64,000 nucleotides of DNA from a virus. This document shows positions 25,953-35,977 of this stretch, piece by piece. The stretch spans positions 1 to 64,000 of the IMG/VR virus record IMGVR_UViG_3300031576_000011; one strand, 5' to 3'. Numbering within the stretch: the stretch's first letter is position 1; each line of letters begins with the position of its first letter. The notes beneath the pieces are model-generated. The model was not told where the DNA came from. It saw nothing but the letters and a program-made list of their open reading frames with translations, and ran no database searches. A program made the position numbers and the translations under genes.

Positions 25953-26903
25953 ATGGGGGCGCAGGAGTTCAAGATGGTGCCCAACCGCACGCTGCTCGAG
26001 AAGGCCGACCTCGCGATCGCAGACCTCACCGTCGACGGCGGTCTGCTGGTGCCGGACCAGGCGGATCGGTTCATCCGCCTGATGATCAAGGAGTCGAGGG
26101 TGCTCTCGCTCGTCGACTCGAAGCCGATGACGGCGCCCAACGGCCTCCTCGAGACCCTGCGGTTCTCGGGGCGCGTTCTGAAGCCTGGCGTCGAGGCGAC
26201 GGCCCTCCCGGTGGCGGCGCGGTCGAAGCCGGATCTCACGAAGCGCGAGATCGTGTCCAAGCTCTACAAGGCCGAGGTCCGCCTGGACAACGAGGTGCTC
26301 GAGGACAACATCGAGAAGGAGAGCCTGAAGAACACCATCATGTCGGGGCTGGGCGAGGCCCTGTCGCGCGACCTCGAGCACGTGGTGTGGAATGGCGACA
26401 CCGCGTCGGCCGATCCGCTGCTCGCGACCCAGGACGGCGTGCGCAAGCTGGTGACGGTGACGTTCGATCAGTTGAACGCGCGGACCAACAAGGGCCTGTG
26501 GCTCGGCATGCTCAAGACGCTGCCGAGCGAGTTCCTGAACCGCAGCCGACTCATGTTCTTCACCTCGGTGAAGTCGGAGCTCGACTGGCGTGACAGCGTG
26601 TCGGAGCGCGCCACGGAGAAGGGCGACGATTCCCTCACCGGGGAGGAGCTGGCCCGGTTCCAGAACATCAAGATCCTGGCGGTGCCCGAGGCGCCGGAGA
26701 ATCTCGGCGGCCCCGCGAACCAGGGCGACGCGATCCTGACGGACCCGAAGAACATCGCGGTCCGGTTCCACCGCAAGATCCGGATCGAGTCGGACCGGGA
26801 CATCACGGCCGGCGAGCTCATCATCGTGGCGACGATGCGCGTGGGCGTGAACCTGGTCCACCCCCCGGCGGCGACGAAGGGGATCAACATCCTGGTCGGC
26901 TAG
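25953..26903 (+). CDS. Major capsid protein (HK97 fold)
   Basis: GGLLVPDQADRFI, EVLEDNIEKE, DLEHVVWNGDT, LTDPKNI; position in the head module. Confidence 0.88.
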   Translation: MGAQEFKMVPNRTLLEKADLAIADLTVDGGLLVPDQADRFIRLMIKESRVLSLVDSKPMTAPNGLLETLRFSGRVLKPGVEATALPVAARSKPDLTKREIVSKLYKAEVRLDNEVLEDNIEKESLKNTIMSGLGEALSRDLEHVVWNGDTASADPLLATQDGVRKLVTVTFDQLNARTNKGLWLGMLKTLPSEFLNRSRLMFFTSVKSELDWRDSVSERATEKGDDSLTGEELARFQNIKILAVPEAPENLGGPANQGDAILTDPKNIAVRFHRKIRIESDRDITAGELIIVATMRVGVNLVHPPAATKGINILVG

Positions 26904-26954
26904 ACCGACCCGTGACCGACCCGTTCCGGGTCAAGTCCACAGGAGGAGCATCAG

Positions 26955-27266
26955 ATGGCCGCGACGATCACGCTCGTGCAGTCCGCTGGCAAGCAGCCGA
27001 TGGCCCCGACCTTCGCGCGGCGCCTCACGGTGCTGGGCGACGTGGCCTATGTGGCGGGCGGCTACTCGCTCGGGCTGGCCACGTCGTTCCCCAACGACAC
27101 GGTGGTCGCGGTGGTCGCGCAGCCGTTCTCGGCCGCGCCGCGGACCTTCGAGTTCGACTACGCCACCGGGAAGCTCAAGTTCCTCGTGGCGGCCACCGGC
27201 GCCGAGGTCGCGGGCGCCTCGGACCAGAGCGCGGTCACGGCCACGGTCCTGGTCATCACGAAGTAG
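26955..27266 (+). CDS. Putative head decoration protein
   Basis: YVAGGY..., GKLKF..GAEV; AGGAGG RBS; follows MCP. Confidence 0.6.
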   Translation: MAATITLVQSAGKQPMAPTFARRLTVLGDVAYVAGGYSLGLATSFPNDTVVAVVAQPFSAAPRTFEFDYATGKLKFLVAATGAEVAGASDQSAVTATVLVITK

Positions 27267-27297
27267 CCGGCCTCACCGGCGTCCAGGGAGGTTTCCG

Positions 27298-27702
27298 ATG
27301 GCCGCGATCACCACCCGCTTCGGTTCCGGCGGCGCCAACTTGGTGCCGGGCGGCAGCGGCGGGCAGCCAAGCCTCGCCGACGCGCTGCGCGACATCGCCG
27401 ACGACGTGGCGGCGAGCAGCGCGGGCGTCGTGCCGGCGTGGAGCGCACCCATCGCGGTCGTCGCCAACGTGGCGGTCCTGGCGACCGCGGGCTTGCTCAT
27501 GGCCGTCGACGCGGTCGTGGCCGGCGCGGCGGGCCCCAAGGCCCAGATGTTCGGCGCGCCTGGCGCCGGACAGGTGCAGGTGGCCTACGCGGGGACCGGC
27601 ATCCCGACGCTGACGTTCCCAGGGGCCGACGCCGTGACGTCGATCCGCGTCCAGCAGATCACGCGGCCCGCGAGCTACACGGTCCTGACCACCAAGGCGT
27701 AG
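27298..27702 (+). CDS. Hypothetical virion protein
   Basis: MAAITTRF...; GGAGG RBS. Confidence 0.65.
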   Translation: MAAITTRFGSGGANLVPGGSGGQPSLADALRDIADDVAASSAGVVPAWSAPIAVVANVAVLATAGLLMAVDAVVAGAAGPKAQMFGAPGAGQVQVAYAGTGIPTLTFPGADAVTSIRVQQITRPASYTVLTTKA

Positions 27703-27711
27703 CCTCGCGGG

Positions 27712-27963
27712 ATGGCCGACGGGACGTACGTCACCAGGAATCTCTCCCTGGCGGCGTACCTCTCGGAGTTCGGGGGGCTCCCGCTGCGGAAGGGCGGTCG
27801 CACGCCTGGCGGTGACTTCGAGTTCGTGCTCGAGGACCCATCTGGACGGGGGGAGTCGCTGGCGGTACAGTGGGTCAACTCCTGCTGCCGGAGGTTCGAG
27901 GATCGGGTGCTGGCGCTGAAGACGCTCCTGCGCTCTGGCGGCAGTGGGGGCGGGCGGGGGTAG
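27712..27963 (+). CDS. DUF5659-like protein
   Basis: YVTRNLSLAAYL...FEFVLED. Confidence 0.55.
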   Translation: MADGTYVTRNLSLAAYLSEFGGLPLRKGGRTPGGDFEFVLEDPSGRGESLAVQWVNSCCRRFEDRVLALKTLLRSGGSGGGRG

Positions 27964-27966
27964 CGC

Positions 27967-28341
27967 ATGGCCGTCGCGTTCCGTAGCGCTGGCACCAAGG
28001 TCACCAATCCGTTCGTCGTGGACGGGAATCCGAACGGCTCGGCGCCTGTCGCGGCGCGCATCTTCGAGTGCGCGGACGTCGCGCCGCACGGCGCCCGCAC
28101 CCAGGCTGCCCGGTACTACCTGACGTTCACGAACCCCGCCGCCGGCCCGGTGCTTGACGTGACGCCCTGGATCTTCGACGAGACCAGGAGCAAGTGGGTG
28201 GCGCTCTCGACCGCGCTTGCCGTGGCCGAGCATCAGTTGTTCGTCGTGACCGACGTGGCAGGTGCCCGCGTGTTCTTCCAGCTCACGAACCTCGCGGTCG
28301 GCACCGCGGACTCGGTCGAGATCATGGCGGTGGCCACGTGA
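27967..28341 (+). CDS. Hypothetical virion protein (probable paralog of 30003..30362)
   Basis: LDVTPWIFDETRSKWVAL vs ADVEVWILDRNSEKWALV. Confidence 0.65.
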   Translation: MAVAFRSAGTKVTNPFVVDGNPNGSAPVAARIFECADVAPHGARTQAARYYLTFTNPAAGPVLDVTPWIFDETRSKWVALSTALAVAEHQLFVVTDVAGARVFFQLTNLAVGTADSVEIMAVAT

Positions 28342-29738
28342 GCTTCCGCGCGGGAACCCGCCGCGCCGGCATCGGCGGCTCGCCAGGCGTCACGGATCAC
28401 GGGCTTCTCTTGGGCCTGGCCGACGACGATCACCCGCAATACGAAGACGCCATTCCAGGCGGCAACCGCTGGAAGCAGCCCGTGCGCGTGGCCACCGTCG
28501 CCGCCGGCACGCTCGCCACGTCCTTCGAGAACGGGGACACCATCGACGGCGTCGTCCTCGCGACCGGGGACGCGATTCTCATCAAGGACCAGGCGAGCGC
28601 GATCGAGAACGGCCTCTACCTCGTCAACGCCTCTGGCGCCCCGACGCGACGCTCCGACGCCGACGGCGCGGGAGAGCTGGACGCCGCCGCCGTCTTGGTC
28701 GAAGAGGGCACCGTCAACGCGGACACTGGGTGGATCCAGACGTCCGACAACGTGACGCCAGGGACCCACGCGAACGCGTGGACCCAGTTCAACGCAGCGG
28801 GCGCCGCACCCATCCAGAACACCTTCTTCGGCAGCGGCTCCGACGGCGACGTCACGATCGCCGCCCCCACGACGCTCACGCGCCCCATGTTCTACAACAA
28901 CCTGACGGTCAACGCGGCCCTGACCGTGGCCGGACACGGGATTTATGTGAAGGGCACGCTCACGATCGGTGCGGCCGGGACCATCATCGCCCCGGGAACC
29001 GCCGCAGCCACCGGGGCCGCTGGTGCGGGCGGGGTCGGCGGCGTTTCCGGATTCGGCGGATCTGGTGCCGCGGCCGGGTACACCATCGGCGGCTCGGTAT
29101 TTGGCGAGGGTGGTGGCGGCGGGTTCGGCGATGGTGGCACCGCCCCGAACGGTAGCGGCGCACCCGGCGGTGCCAGTCCCTTCTTGTACGCGCGTCTGGG
29201 TGGCATTGGTGGCGCGAGTGGCGCTGGCGGCACTTCTGGTGGCGCTGGAGGCGCCGGAGCCGCCTCAGAGGCCAGCGCCACATTTCTCAAGATCGAGTCC
29301 CTGCACAGTGTCTTTCGCGCCGAGGTGCTTGGGGTTCTTCGTGGGGGTGCCTCCGGTGCCTGTGGCGGTGGGGGCGGCGCGGGGGCGACGGGTGGCGGGG
29401 GCGGTGGTGGCGGGGGTTCCTCGGCTGGTGGCGTCGTGGTGATCTTCGCGAACACCTTCAACAACCTGGGCGCGATCAGCGTAGCCGGAGGGGCCGGGGC
29501 CACCGGTGGTGCGGGTGAGGCGCCGGATGGGGGCGGCGGTGGGGGGTCTGGCGGAGGCGGAGGCGGCTACGTGTATCTGGTCTACTCGACCCTCACGGCG
29601 CTCGGGACCATCACGCGCACGGGCGGGGCGGCCGGAGCGGCGGGCGCGGGCTTCCCGGCCGGTGCGGTGGGTTCGGCGGGGGCTGCGGGTGGCCTGTGCC
29701 AGATCGACCTCACGGCCGGGACGGTTGTGGTATCCTAG
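28338..29738 (+). CDS. Glycine-rich fibre/structural protein
   Basis: DHGLLLGLADDDHPQY, WKQPVRVAT, ILIKDQ..IENGLY, FGSGSDGD, then long Gly-rich repeats. Confidence 0.8.
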   Translation: MSFRAGTRRAGIGGSPGVTDHGLLLGLADDDHPQYEDAIPGGNRWKQPVRVATVAAGTLATSFENGDTIDGVVLATGDAILIKDQASAIENGLYLVNASGAPTRRSDADGAGELDAAAVLVEEGTVNADTGWIQTSDNVTPGTHANAWTQFNAAGAAPIQNTFFGSGSDGDVTIAAPTTLTRPMFYNNLTVNAALTVAGHGIYVKGTLTIGAAGTIIAPGTAAATGAAGAGGVGGVSGFGGSGAAAGYTIGGSVFGEGGGGGFGDGGTAPNGSGAPGGASPFLYARLGGIGGASGAGGTSGGAGGAGAASEASATFLKIESLHSVFRAEVLGVLRGGASGACGGGGGAGATGGGGGGGGGSSAGGVVVIFANTFNNLGAISVAGGAGATGGAGEAPDGGGGGGSGGGGGGYVYLVYSTLTALGTITRTGGAAGAAGAGFPAGAVGSAGAAGGLCQIDLTAGTVVVS

Positions 29739-29801
29739 CGCGGTCGGTTCCGTTGGCGGCGATCGGTCGGCGGGGCGGTTTCTGAGGCCAGGAGGCGTGC
29801 G

Positions 29802-29981
29802 ATGGGCATCGGCTTCAACGTGATGCAGCGGCTCGGGGAGGTCGGCATCGAGATCACCCGCGGCAAGATCGAGAAGGCGCACCGGCAGGGCAAGTCCGCC
29901 GAGATCGCCGGGCTCGTGAAGGCGCAGATGGACTGCTTCGATCGCCGCAAGGACCCGTACACCGACGACGACCGAGTCTAG
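29802..29981 (+). CDS. Small hypothetical protein (59 aa)
   Basis: AGGAGG RBS then MGIGFNVMQRLGE...; below the ORF-track cutoff. Confidence 0.55.
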   Translation: MGIGFNVMQRLGEVGIEITRGKIEKAHRQGKSAEIAGLVKAQMDCFDRRKDPYTDDDRV

Positions 29982-30002
29982 TCAGGCCAGGAGGACTTCC
30001 GC

Positions 30003-30362
30003 ATGTCGATGGCCTTCAAGCCGATGGCCGTGGTCACGGTGGCGGACGCCACCGACCCCAACACCACGGCGCCGGCCGCGGATCGCATCTTCGATGTGGG
30101 TCGTCGCACCGAGTCGGAGGAGCTCGCCGACGGCGTTGGCTTTTTCCTCGATTTCACGGCCGGCGCGGGGCCGACCGCCGACGTCGAGGTGTGGATCCTC
30201 GATCGGAACAGCGAGAAGTGGGCGCTGGTGACGAGCTTCGCGGCGCTGGCCGAATTCGTCTATAAGGCCGTGCGTACGATCCGGTCTGCGGAGGTCTTCA
30301 TCCGGTACACGGCGATCGCGGGCGCCCCGACGAACGTGCGCGCGCGGGTCGCGTCGATCTAG
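30003..30362 (+). CDS. Hypothetical virion protein
   Basis: AGGAGG RBS; similar to 27967..28341. Confidence 0.7.
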   Translation: MSMAFKPMAVVTVADATDPNTTAPAADRIFDVGRRTESEELADGVGFFLDFTAGAGPTADVEVWILDRNSEKWALVTSFAALAEFVYKAVRTIRSAEVFIRYTAIAGAPTNVRARVASI

Positions 30363-30516
30363 GCGCGGCGCGCCGGGGGTGATGCGTGCCGAGCCTCGGC
30401 CTCCCAAACCTCCAGGGCATCTACGACCATGGCCTCGCCACGCCTACGGTCGTCACGCTAGACGCCACGTGCGGCGGGATCCAGCGTGTTGGGCCGAACT
30501 TCTCGGAGGTGGCGTA

Positions 30517-30909
30517 GTGCCCACGGCCCGGATCGGTCCGACCGGAGCGATCCCGTTCTCCCAGATCGTCGAGGCGACGGGGGACATCACCACCGTGTCC
30601 GCGACGGACGTCTTCGTGACGGACATGTCGATCACGCCAGTCGCGGGCGTCTATGAGGTCGTCTTCTCCGCGAGCCTTGAGAACTCGAACGCGGCGGGCA
30701 TCATGTTCGTCTCGATCTATTCCGGTGGTGTGCAGCAGGCGGCGTCGGAGCGCGAGATCGACGCACCGGGCTCGAACGAGTCGAGTGACGTGACCTCCAT
30801 CGCGCGCGTGACCGTGAACGGCACTCAGGCGATCGAAGCACGTTGGCGTCGTACCGCCGGGACGGCCATGATGCACGAGCGGCAGTTGCGGATCCAGGCG
30901 GTGTCCTAG
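30517..30909 (+). CDS. Hypothetical beta-sandwich virion protein
   Basis: GGAGG RBS, GTG start; GVYEVVFSAS, VNGTQAIEARW. Confidence 0.65.
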   Translation: MPTARIGPTGAIPFSQIVEATGDITTVSATDVFVTDMSITPVAGVYEVVFSASLENSNAAGIMFVSIYSGGVQQAASEREIDAPGSNESSDVTSIARVTVNGTQAIEARWRRTAGTAMMHERQLRIQAVS

Positions 30910-31529
30910 TGCCATTCAACCAGGACTTCCCGAACAAGGCCTGCTACGCGAGCAAGCTCCACGAGGAACTCGTGGCTACGCCCGGCATCACGACCGCGAT
31001 CGACTCGGTCCAGTACCTGCGGGCAAGCAACCTCACCAGGATCGTCTGGAGCGCGACGCCCTCGTCGGCTGAGCAGTCCGCCGCGTCCGCGACGGTCGCG
31101 GCACATGTCACGACCGCCATGGCCTTCCGGCTCCACGCGCCGGCCACGATCGTGCCCGGCGAGGTGGCGGTGACGGCGACCGTCGGGCTCTGGCAGGTGC
31201 TCGGCGGCGTGGTCACGCGGCCCGACTTCTTCGGGCCTCTGGCCAACCTGTTCGGTCGGTGCGTGCTCGAGTATCGATCGACTGGCGGAACCCTGAAGAT
31301 GCGCCTCGTGGAGCGGAAGCCAGGCAGCACGGAGGTCGTCGTCTCGGCCGATCCCAAGGTCCTCGCCGACACCGGGGGTCTCTGGACCGTCGCGCGCTTC
31401 GACACGATCACGGCCCTACGCGCCAACACCAACGTCTACCGCCTCGAGGCGCAGTTGAACGGCGCGGTCTCGGCGGACGTCAGGTTCGTGAGCCTCTCGC
31501 TGCTCGAGGCGGTGAGCAAGACCGCATGA
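30909..31529 (+). CDS. Hypothetical virion protein
   Basis: GTG overlapping the previous stop; protein-like ORF. Confidence 0.65.
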   Translation: MPFNQDFPNKACYASKLHEELVATPGITTAIDSVQYLRASNLTRIVWSATPSSAEQSAASATVAAHVTTAMAFRLHAPATIVPGEVAVTATVGLWQVLGGVVTRPDFFGPLANLFGRCVLEYRSTGGTLKMRLVERKPGSTEVVVSADPKVLADTGGLWTVARFDTITALRANTNVYRLEAQLNGAVSADVRFVSLSLLEAVSKTA

Positions 31530-32842
31530 TCGAAGCCGTCACTGGCGCCTCGCTCGTTCTCGAGCTCGTCCTGGCGGACGGCTCGACCACCCGCTTCCCA
31601 CGGGCCACGGTCTACGACTCGGCCGGCGCGCTCCATGCCACCGTCAACCTCACGCACGTCGCCACCGGGCTGTACCAGGGCTCGTACACGCCCGCCGTTG
31701 CGGGCCACTTCTCGGCCATCTTCATCGTCTACACCGACGCGGGCCACACGACGGTCGCGAACCAGTACGACCGCGAGGCCGAGCACATCCTCGTCCGGGG
31801 CGCCCTCGCGACCGCCTCGGCGCTCGCGACGGTACAGGCCGACACGGATGACATCCAAGGGCGGATCCCGGCGGTGCTCGTCGGCGGTCGCATCGACGCC
31901 TCGGTGGGCGCGATGGCGGCGAACGTCTTGACGGCGACCTCCATCGCGGCTGACGCCATCACGGCGTCCAAGATCGCCCCAGACGCGATTGGAGCGAGCG
32001 AACTGGCGGCCGACGCCGTCGTCGAGATTCAGAGCGGACTGGCGACGGCCGCCGCCGTGGCTGGCGTGCAGGCCGACACGGACGACCTCCAGACCCGACT
32101 CCCGGCGTCCCTCTCTGGCGGCCGGATGCGCTCTCAGGTCGAGGGGATGGACGCCGACGTCATCACGGGGGCGAGCATCGCGGCGGGCGCCATCACGAGC
32201 AGCGAGGCGCCGGCGCTCGCGAACCTCGACGCCGCCGTCTCGAGCCGCGCGGTCCCTGGAGACGCCATGGACCTCGTGCCCGGATCGGTGGATGCCGGCG
32301 CGATCGCCACCGACGCCATCGATGCGGACGCGATTGCCGCCTCGGCCGTGGCCGAGATTCAGGCTGGACTCGCCACCGCCGCGGCCGTGGCCGGTGTGCA
32401 GGCCGACACGGATGACATCCAGGGGCGGATCCCGGCCTCGCTGTCCGGCGGCCGGATCCGGTCGCAGGTGGAGGGCCTCGACGCGGACACGGTGACGGCC
32501 GCGGCGCTGGCGGCCGACGCCGTGACGGAGATCCAGGCCGGCTTGGCGACGGCGGCCGCGGTCGCGAGCCTGACCGGCGCCTCGGTCCTGGCGACGACGA
32601 CGGTCGCGGCCGGGAGCACGGCGACAAACGTCCGGACCACGCTCACCCAGGCCGACGGCTTCTTCGACGACGCGGTCCTGCTCGTCTTCAACGTGAGCGG
32701 GCCGGCGGTGCGCCAGATCGAGCGCTACCTGAACGCCAACGGGGCGTTCACGCCCGACAGGGCGCTGCCGTTCATCCCCATGATCGGCGACACCGTCTTG
32801 GTCCTCGCCAGCCCCGGACCGCGGGCGGGAGGCTTGGGCTAG
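31526..32842 (+). CDS. Ala/Asp-rich repeat structural (fibre-like) protein
   Basis: Three QADTDD(I/L)QxRxPA..GGR repeats and LAADAVxEIQ repeats. Confidence 0.75.
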   Translation: MIEAVTGASLVLELVLADGSTTRFPRATVYDSAGALHATVNLTHVATGLYQGSYTPAVAGHFSAIFIVYTDAGHTTVANQYDREAEHILVRGALATASALATVQADTDDIQGRIPAVLVGGRIDASVGAMAANVLTATSIAADAITASKIAPDAIGASELAADAVVEIQSGLATAAAVAGVQADTDDLQTRLPASLSGGRMRSQVEGMDADVITGASIAAGAITSSEAPALANLDAAVSSRAVPGDAMDLVPGSVDAGAIATDAIDADAIAASAVAEIQAGLATAAAVAGVQADTDDIQGRIPASLSGGRIRSQVEGLDADTVTAAALAADAVTEIQAGLATAAAVASLTGASVLATTTVAAGSTATNVRTTLTQADGFFDDAVLLVFNVSGPAVRQIERYLNANGAFTPDRALPFIPMIGDTVLVLASPGPRAGGLG

Positions 32843-33856
32843 ATGTGGTTCACCAAGCAGACCGACGGATTCCGGGTCTGGTTCGCCGTGAAGAAGCCGG
32901 CCGGCAATCTTCGGACGGGCATTCCGGCCGGGGAGTTCATGGCGACGGTTGTGAACCCGTCCGACTCGGCTAGCCTCACGCCTGCGGTCGCAGAGTCCGC
33001 CACGAAGCCTGGGCTCTACTCACTGTTCGTGACGCCGGCGTTCCTTACGGCGCACGGGAACGGGGAGTACGGCGTGGTGGTCGAGGTGCTGGCCACGGCG
33101 CCCGTGTTGAAGGACGTCATCGGCGATGTGCTCATGGTGACCTCGCAGGATCTCGACACGCTCGCGACGGCGGCGCAGGCGACGTCGATCCAGGCCGACA
33201 CCGATGACATTCAGGCCCGGTTGCCTGCGTCGCTCGTGGGCGGGCGGATGCGCTCGCACGTGGAGGCGATGGACGCCGACGTGATCGGCGCGGCCCAGAT
33301 CGCCGCCGGGGCGATCACGGCCTCCGAGGCGCCCGCCCTAGCGAACCTGGACGCCACCGTCTCCTCGCGCGCGGTCCCAGGCGACGCGATGGACCTAATC
33401 CCGGGATCGGTGGATGCGGCCGCGCTCGCCGCGGACGCGGTGGCCGAGATCGCCGACGGCGTGTGGGACGAACCCCTCGCCGGGCACTTGGCCGCCGGCT
33501 CGACCGGGAAGGCGCTCGACGACGCCCAGGACGCCGGCAGCCCTGCGCAGATCGCGGCGGCGGTCTGGGACGAGGCGCTCCCTGGGGCGCACGCCGCAGG
33601 CTCTGCCGGCGAGCGTCTGGCGACGACCGACGATCGGGTGGACGTCGTCGTGAGCACGCGCGCCGAACTCACTCGCCAGGTGCTCATCGAGAAGATCCTG
33701 CGGAACAAGCTCATCACGGATCCCGTCGCGGGCACCATCACGATCTTCGACGACGACAGCGTCACCCCGCTCATCACCGCCGCGCTGTTCGAGGACGTCG
33801 CGGGCACGCAGACCTACCGCGGCTCGGGCGCCGACCGGCGGAACAGGATGACGTAG
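32843..33856 (+). CDS. Ala/Asp-rich repeat structural protein related to 31526..32842
   Basis: Shares QADTDDIQARLPA and APALANLDA.VSSRAVPGDAMDL; two VWDE.L.GH.AGS repeats. Confidence 0.75.
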   Translation: MWFTKQTDGFRVWFAVKKPAGNLRTGIPAGEFMATVVNPSDSASLTPAVAESATKPGLYSLFVTPAFLTAHGNGEYGVVVEVLATAPVLKDVIGDVLMVTSQDLDTLATAAQATSIQADTDDIQARLPASLVGGRMRSHVEAMDADVIGAAQIAAGAITASEAPALANLDATVSSRAVPGDAMDLIPGSVDAAALAADAVAEIADGVWDEPLAGHLAAGSTGKALDDAQDAGSPAQIAAAVWDEALPGAHAAGSAGERLATTDDRVDVVVSTRAELTRQVLIEKILRNKLITDPVAGTITIFDDDSVTPLITAALFEDVAGTQTYRGSGADRRNRMT

Positions 33857-33857
33857 C

Positions 33858-34130
33858 GTGGCTGCCACCATCACCGCCCACGGGTACGGCCGCAGCGGGG
33901 GCCTGATCCCGTCGTTCGGCTACGGTCTCGCGCCCATCGTGCGCGTCCCGGCCGTGGCGATCATGCTGATCGGTGCGGACCCTTCGGTACGTATCCTCGT
34001 CGGTGCGGATCCATCGATACGTACCCTCGTGGGTGCGGACCCGTCGGTACGTACCCTCGTCGGTGCGGACCCGTCGGCGATCGTGCTCGAGGGTGCCGAC
34101 CCGAGTAGAATCACGCTGGAGGGCGAGTAG
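33858..34130 (+). CDS. Small protein with five 10-aa GADPS repeats
   Basis: GADPS(V/I)R(I/T)LV repeats. Confidence 0.6.
   Translation: MAATITAHGYGRSGGLIPSFGYGLAPIVRVPAVAIMLIGADPSVRILVGADPSIRTLVGADPSVRTLVGADPSAIVLEGADPSRITLEGE
33972..34121 (+). repeat. Five 30-bp coding tandem repeats
   Basis: GGTGC(G/C)GA(C/T)CC at 33972, 34002, 34032, 34062 and 34092. Confidence 0.85.
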
Positions 34131-34132
34131 CG

Positions 34133-34477
34133 ATGCCCGACGTCGTCTTCGGACCCACGAAGGTCGGCGACCGCAAGGACGCGCTTCTCCTTCAACTCAA
34201 GCACGGCGACGGCACGCCGGCGGACCTGACCGGCCTCACGACGGCCGACGTCCGCATTCACATCAAGAATCTCGTGACCGGGGTCGTGCAGCAGTCGAAC
34301 GTGAGCGCGATCGTGACGCCGGCGAGCGGGATCGTGCGCTACGACCCGACGGCGGCGGACGTGGCCGAGATCCGGGACTACGAGATCGAGGTGAAGGTCA
34401 CGTTCTCGGTGGGGATCACGAAGCGGTTCCCGAACTGCGATCGGTTCCTTTGGCCGGTGGTCGCCAACCTCGCGTAG
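34133..34477 (+). CDS. BppU-N-like Ig-fold virion protein
   Basis: KVGDR..LLLQL..GTPADLTG, GIVRYDPTAAD, YEIEVKVTF..RFPN. Confidence 0.65.
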   Translation: MPDVVFGPTKVGDRKDALLLQLKHGDGTPADLTGLTTADVRIHIKNLVTGVVQQSNVSAIVTPASGIVRYDPTAADVAEIRDYEIEVKVTFSVGITKRFPNCDRFLWPVVANLA

Positions 34478-34487
34478 GATGTAGCCC

Positions 34488-35462
34488 ATGGCGTACTGCA
34501 CGCTCACCGATCTTCGGGACGAGGGGTTCGCCAAGTGCGACGTCACGGACCGCCGCGCCCAGAGTAAGCTCGACGACGCGGCGGCGCTCATCGAGTCGCT
34601 GCTGGGTCAGTGGTTCGAGCCGCGGGCGCTGACCATCCGGGTGGATGGGCGCGGCACGAGCGAGCTTCTGCTCGAGACCCCGATCATCTCGGTGGCCGAG
34701 GTGCGGGTCGTGAACTTCGATGGCACGCTGCAGGAACCCATCCCGGCGACCGAATACGTGGTCTACAACCGCCACCTGTCCATGGGCCTGCTGAATCCCG
34801 ACGATCGGCAGAACCCGCGGATCGCGTTCACCGGCACGAAGTCGTGGATCGCGCCTGGCCATCCCCTGCCGGGGGTGACCCGGTCCGAGCGCTTCTTCCA
34901 CGAGGAGCGCCAGAACTTCCAGATCCTCGGCAGGTTCGGCTACACGGATCCGAGCTTCGCGGTCGCGCGCGCCATCGCCTCCGGGGTGGGGGACGCGCTC
35001 ACGGCGCCGAAGACCCTGAAGATGGTCAACGCGGCCTTCACGGGCGCCGACGTCGGGGCCACGCTCACGATCACCGGAGCAGTGAATGGCGCCAACAACG
35101 CGGCCCGCACCATCGCGGCCGTCCTGGCCGCCGACACGGTCGAACTCACGCCCGAGACGATCGTGACCGAGGCCGCCGGCTTCACGGCATCGATCGCGGC
35201 GTTCCCACAGACCGGCGTCACGCCGCGGGCGATCAAGCAGGCGTGCCTGCTCCTGGCGGCCAAGAACATGGCGACGCTGTCGGAGCGCGATGCCACCGAC
35301 CTGGCCTCCGGGCGAATCGAATCCATGAGCGTGCGCGATCAGTCCCTCAAGTTCAGCGAGGATCCGCGCATCTCTTCGGGCATGGCCTACTTGACCGGCG
35401 ATCCCGAGGTCGACGCGCTCCTGATCGGCTTCCGAAGGCAGCTCTCGCTCGGGGCGGCCTGA
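34488..35462 (+). CDS. Head-tail connector/adaptor with internal insertion
   Basis: MAYCTLTDLRDEG, GQWFEPR, GRFGY, TPRAIKQACLLL, TGDPEVD. Confidence 0.7.
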   Translation: MAYCTLTDLRDEGFAKCDVTDRRAQSKLDDAAALIESLLGQWFEPRALTIRVDGRGTSELLLETPIISVAEVRVVNFDGTLQEPIPATEYVVYNRHLSMGLLNPDDRQNPRIAFTGTKSWIAPGHPLPGVTRSERFFHEERQNFQILGRFGYTDPSFAVARAIASGVGDALTAPKTLKMVNAAFTGADVGATLTITGAVNGANNAARTIAAVLAADTVELTPETIVTEAAGFTASIAAFPQTGVTPRAIKQACLLLAAKNMATLSERDATDLASGRIESMSVRDQSLKFSEDPRISSGMAYLTGDPEVDALLIGFRRQLSLGAA

Positions 35463-35977
35463 TGGCGTTCCTCGGCCGGGCCATCTTTCCGATGCGGATC
35501 GTGATCCGGCAACTGCTCACGAACACCACACGGGCGGCATCGGGTTATGACGATCGCTTGCGCGAATTCAAGATGGTCGACACCAACAGCGACGGCATCG
35601 GGACGCCCGCCCGCAGCGAGAGCGCCGAGCTCGTGATCCCCGGCCAGGTGACGACCCGGGTGCTGGATCGCGGCGATCAGCGCGAAGGCGGGCGCGTTCC
35701 TGAAACGCCCAATCTCGAAGTGACGCTGCACCGGCGCGACCTGAAGGCCGCGGGCCTTCTGGCGGCGGACGGACGATGCAAGATCGTGCCAGGCGACCGG
35801 CTGGTGCGCATCGAGAGTCGGTCCGGCGACGTGATTCAGGACTTCCCGGATCCCCCGGGGATGTACCTGGCCAGCAGCCGGGTGTCGGGGTTCCTGGGAT
35901 CGACCGCCAATCTGGTGGTCTGCACCTTCACGGACCGCCGCGAGGCGCCGGGCGAGCCGGTGGAGACCCAGCTCTAG
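35462..35977 (+). CDS. Putative head-closure protein
   Basis: MAFLGRAIF...GYDDRLRE; neck position. Confidence 0.55.
   Translation: MAFLGRAIFPMRIVIRQLLTNTTRAASGYDDRLREFKMVDTNSDGIGTPARSESAELVIPGQVTTRVLDRGDQREGGRVPETPNLEVTLHRRDLKAAGLLAADGRCKIVPGDRLVRIESRSGDVIQDFPDPPGMYLASSRVSGFLGSTANLVVCTFTDRREAPGEPVETQL

Noticed and set aside
22128-26861. 1577-aa minus-strand ORF and similar long antisense ORFs elsewhere
   Set aside because: Shadow ORFs of high-GC genes whose motifs are clearly on the other strand
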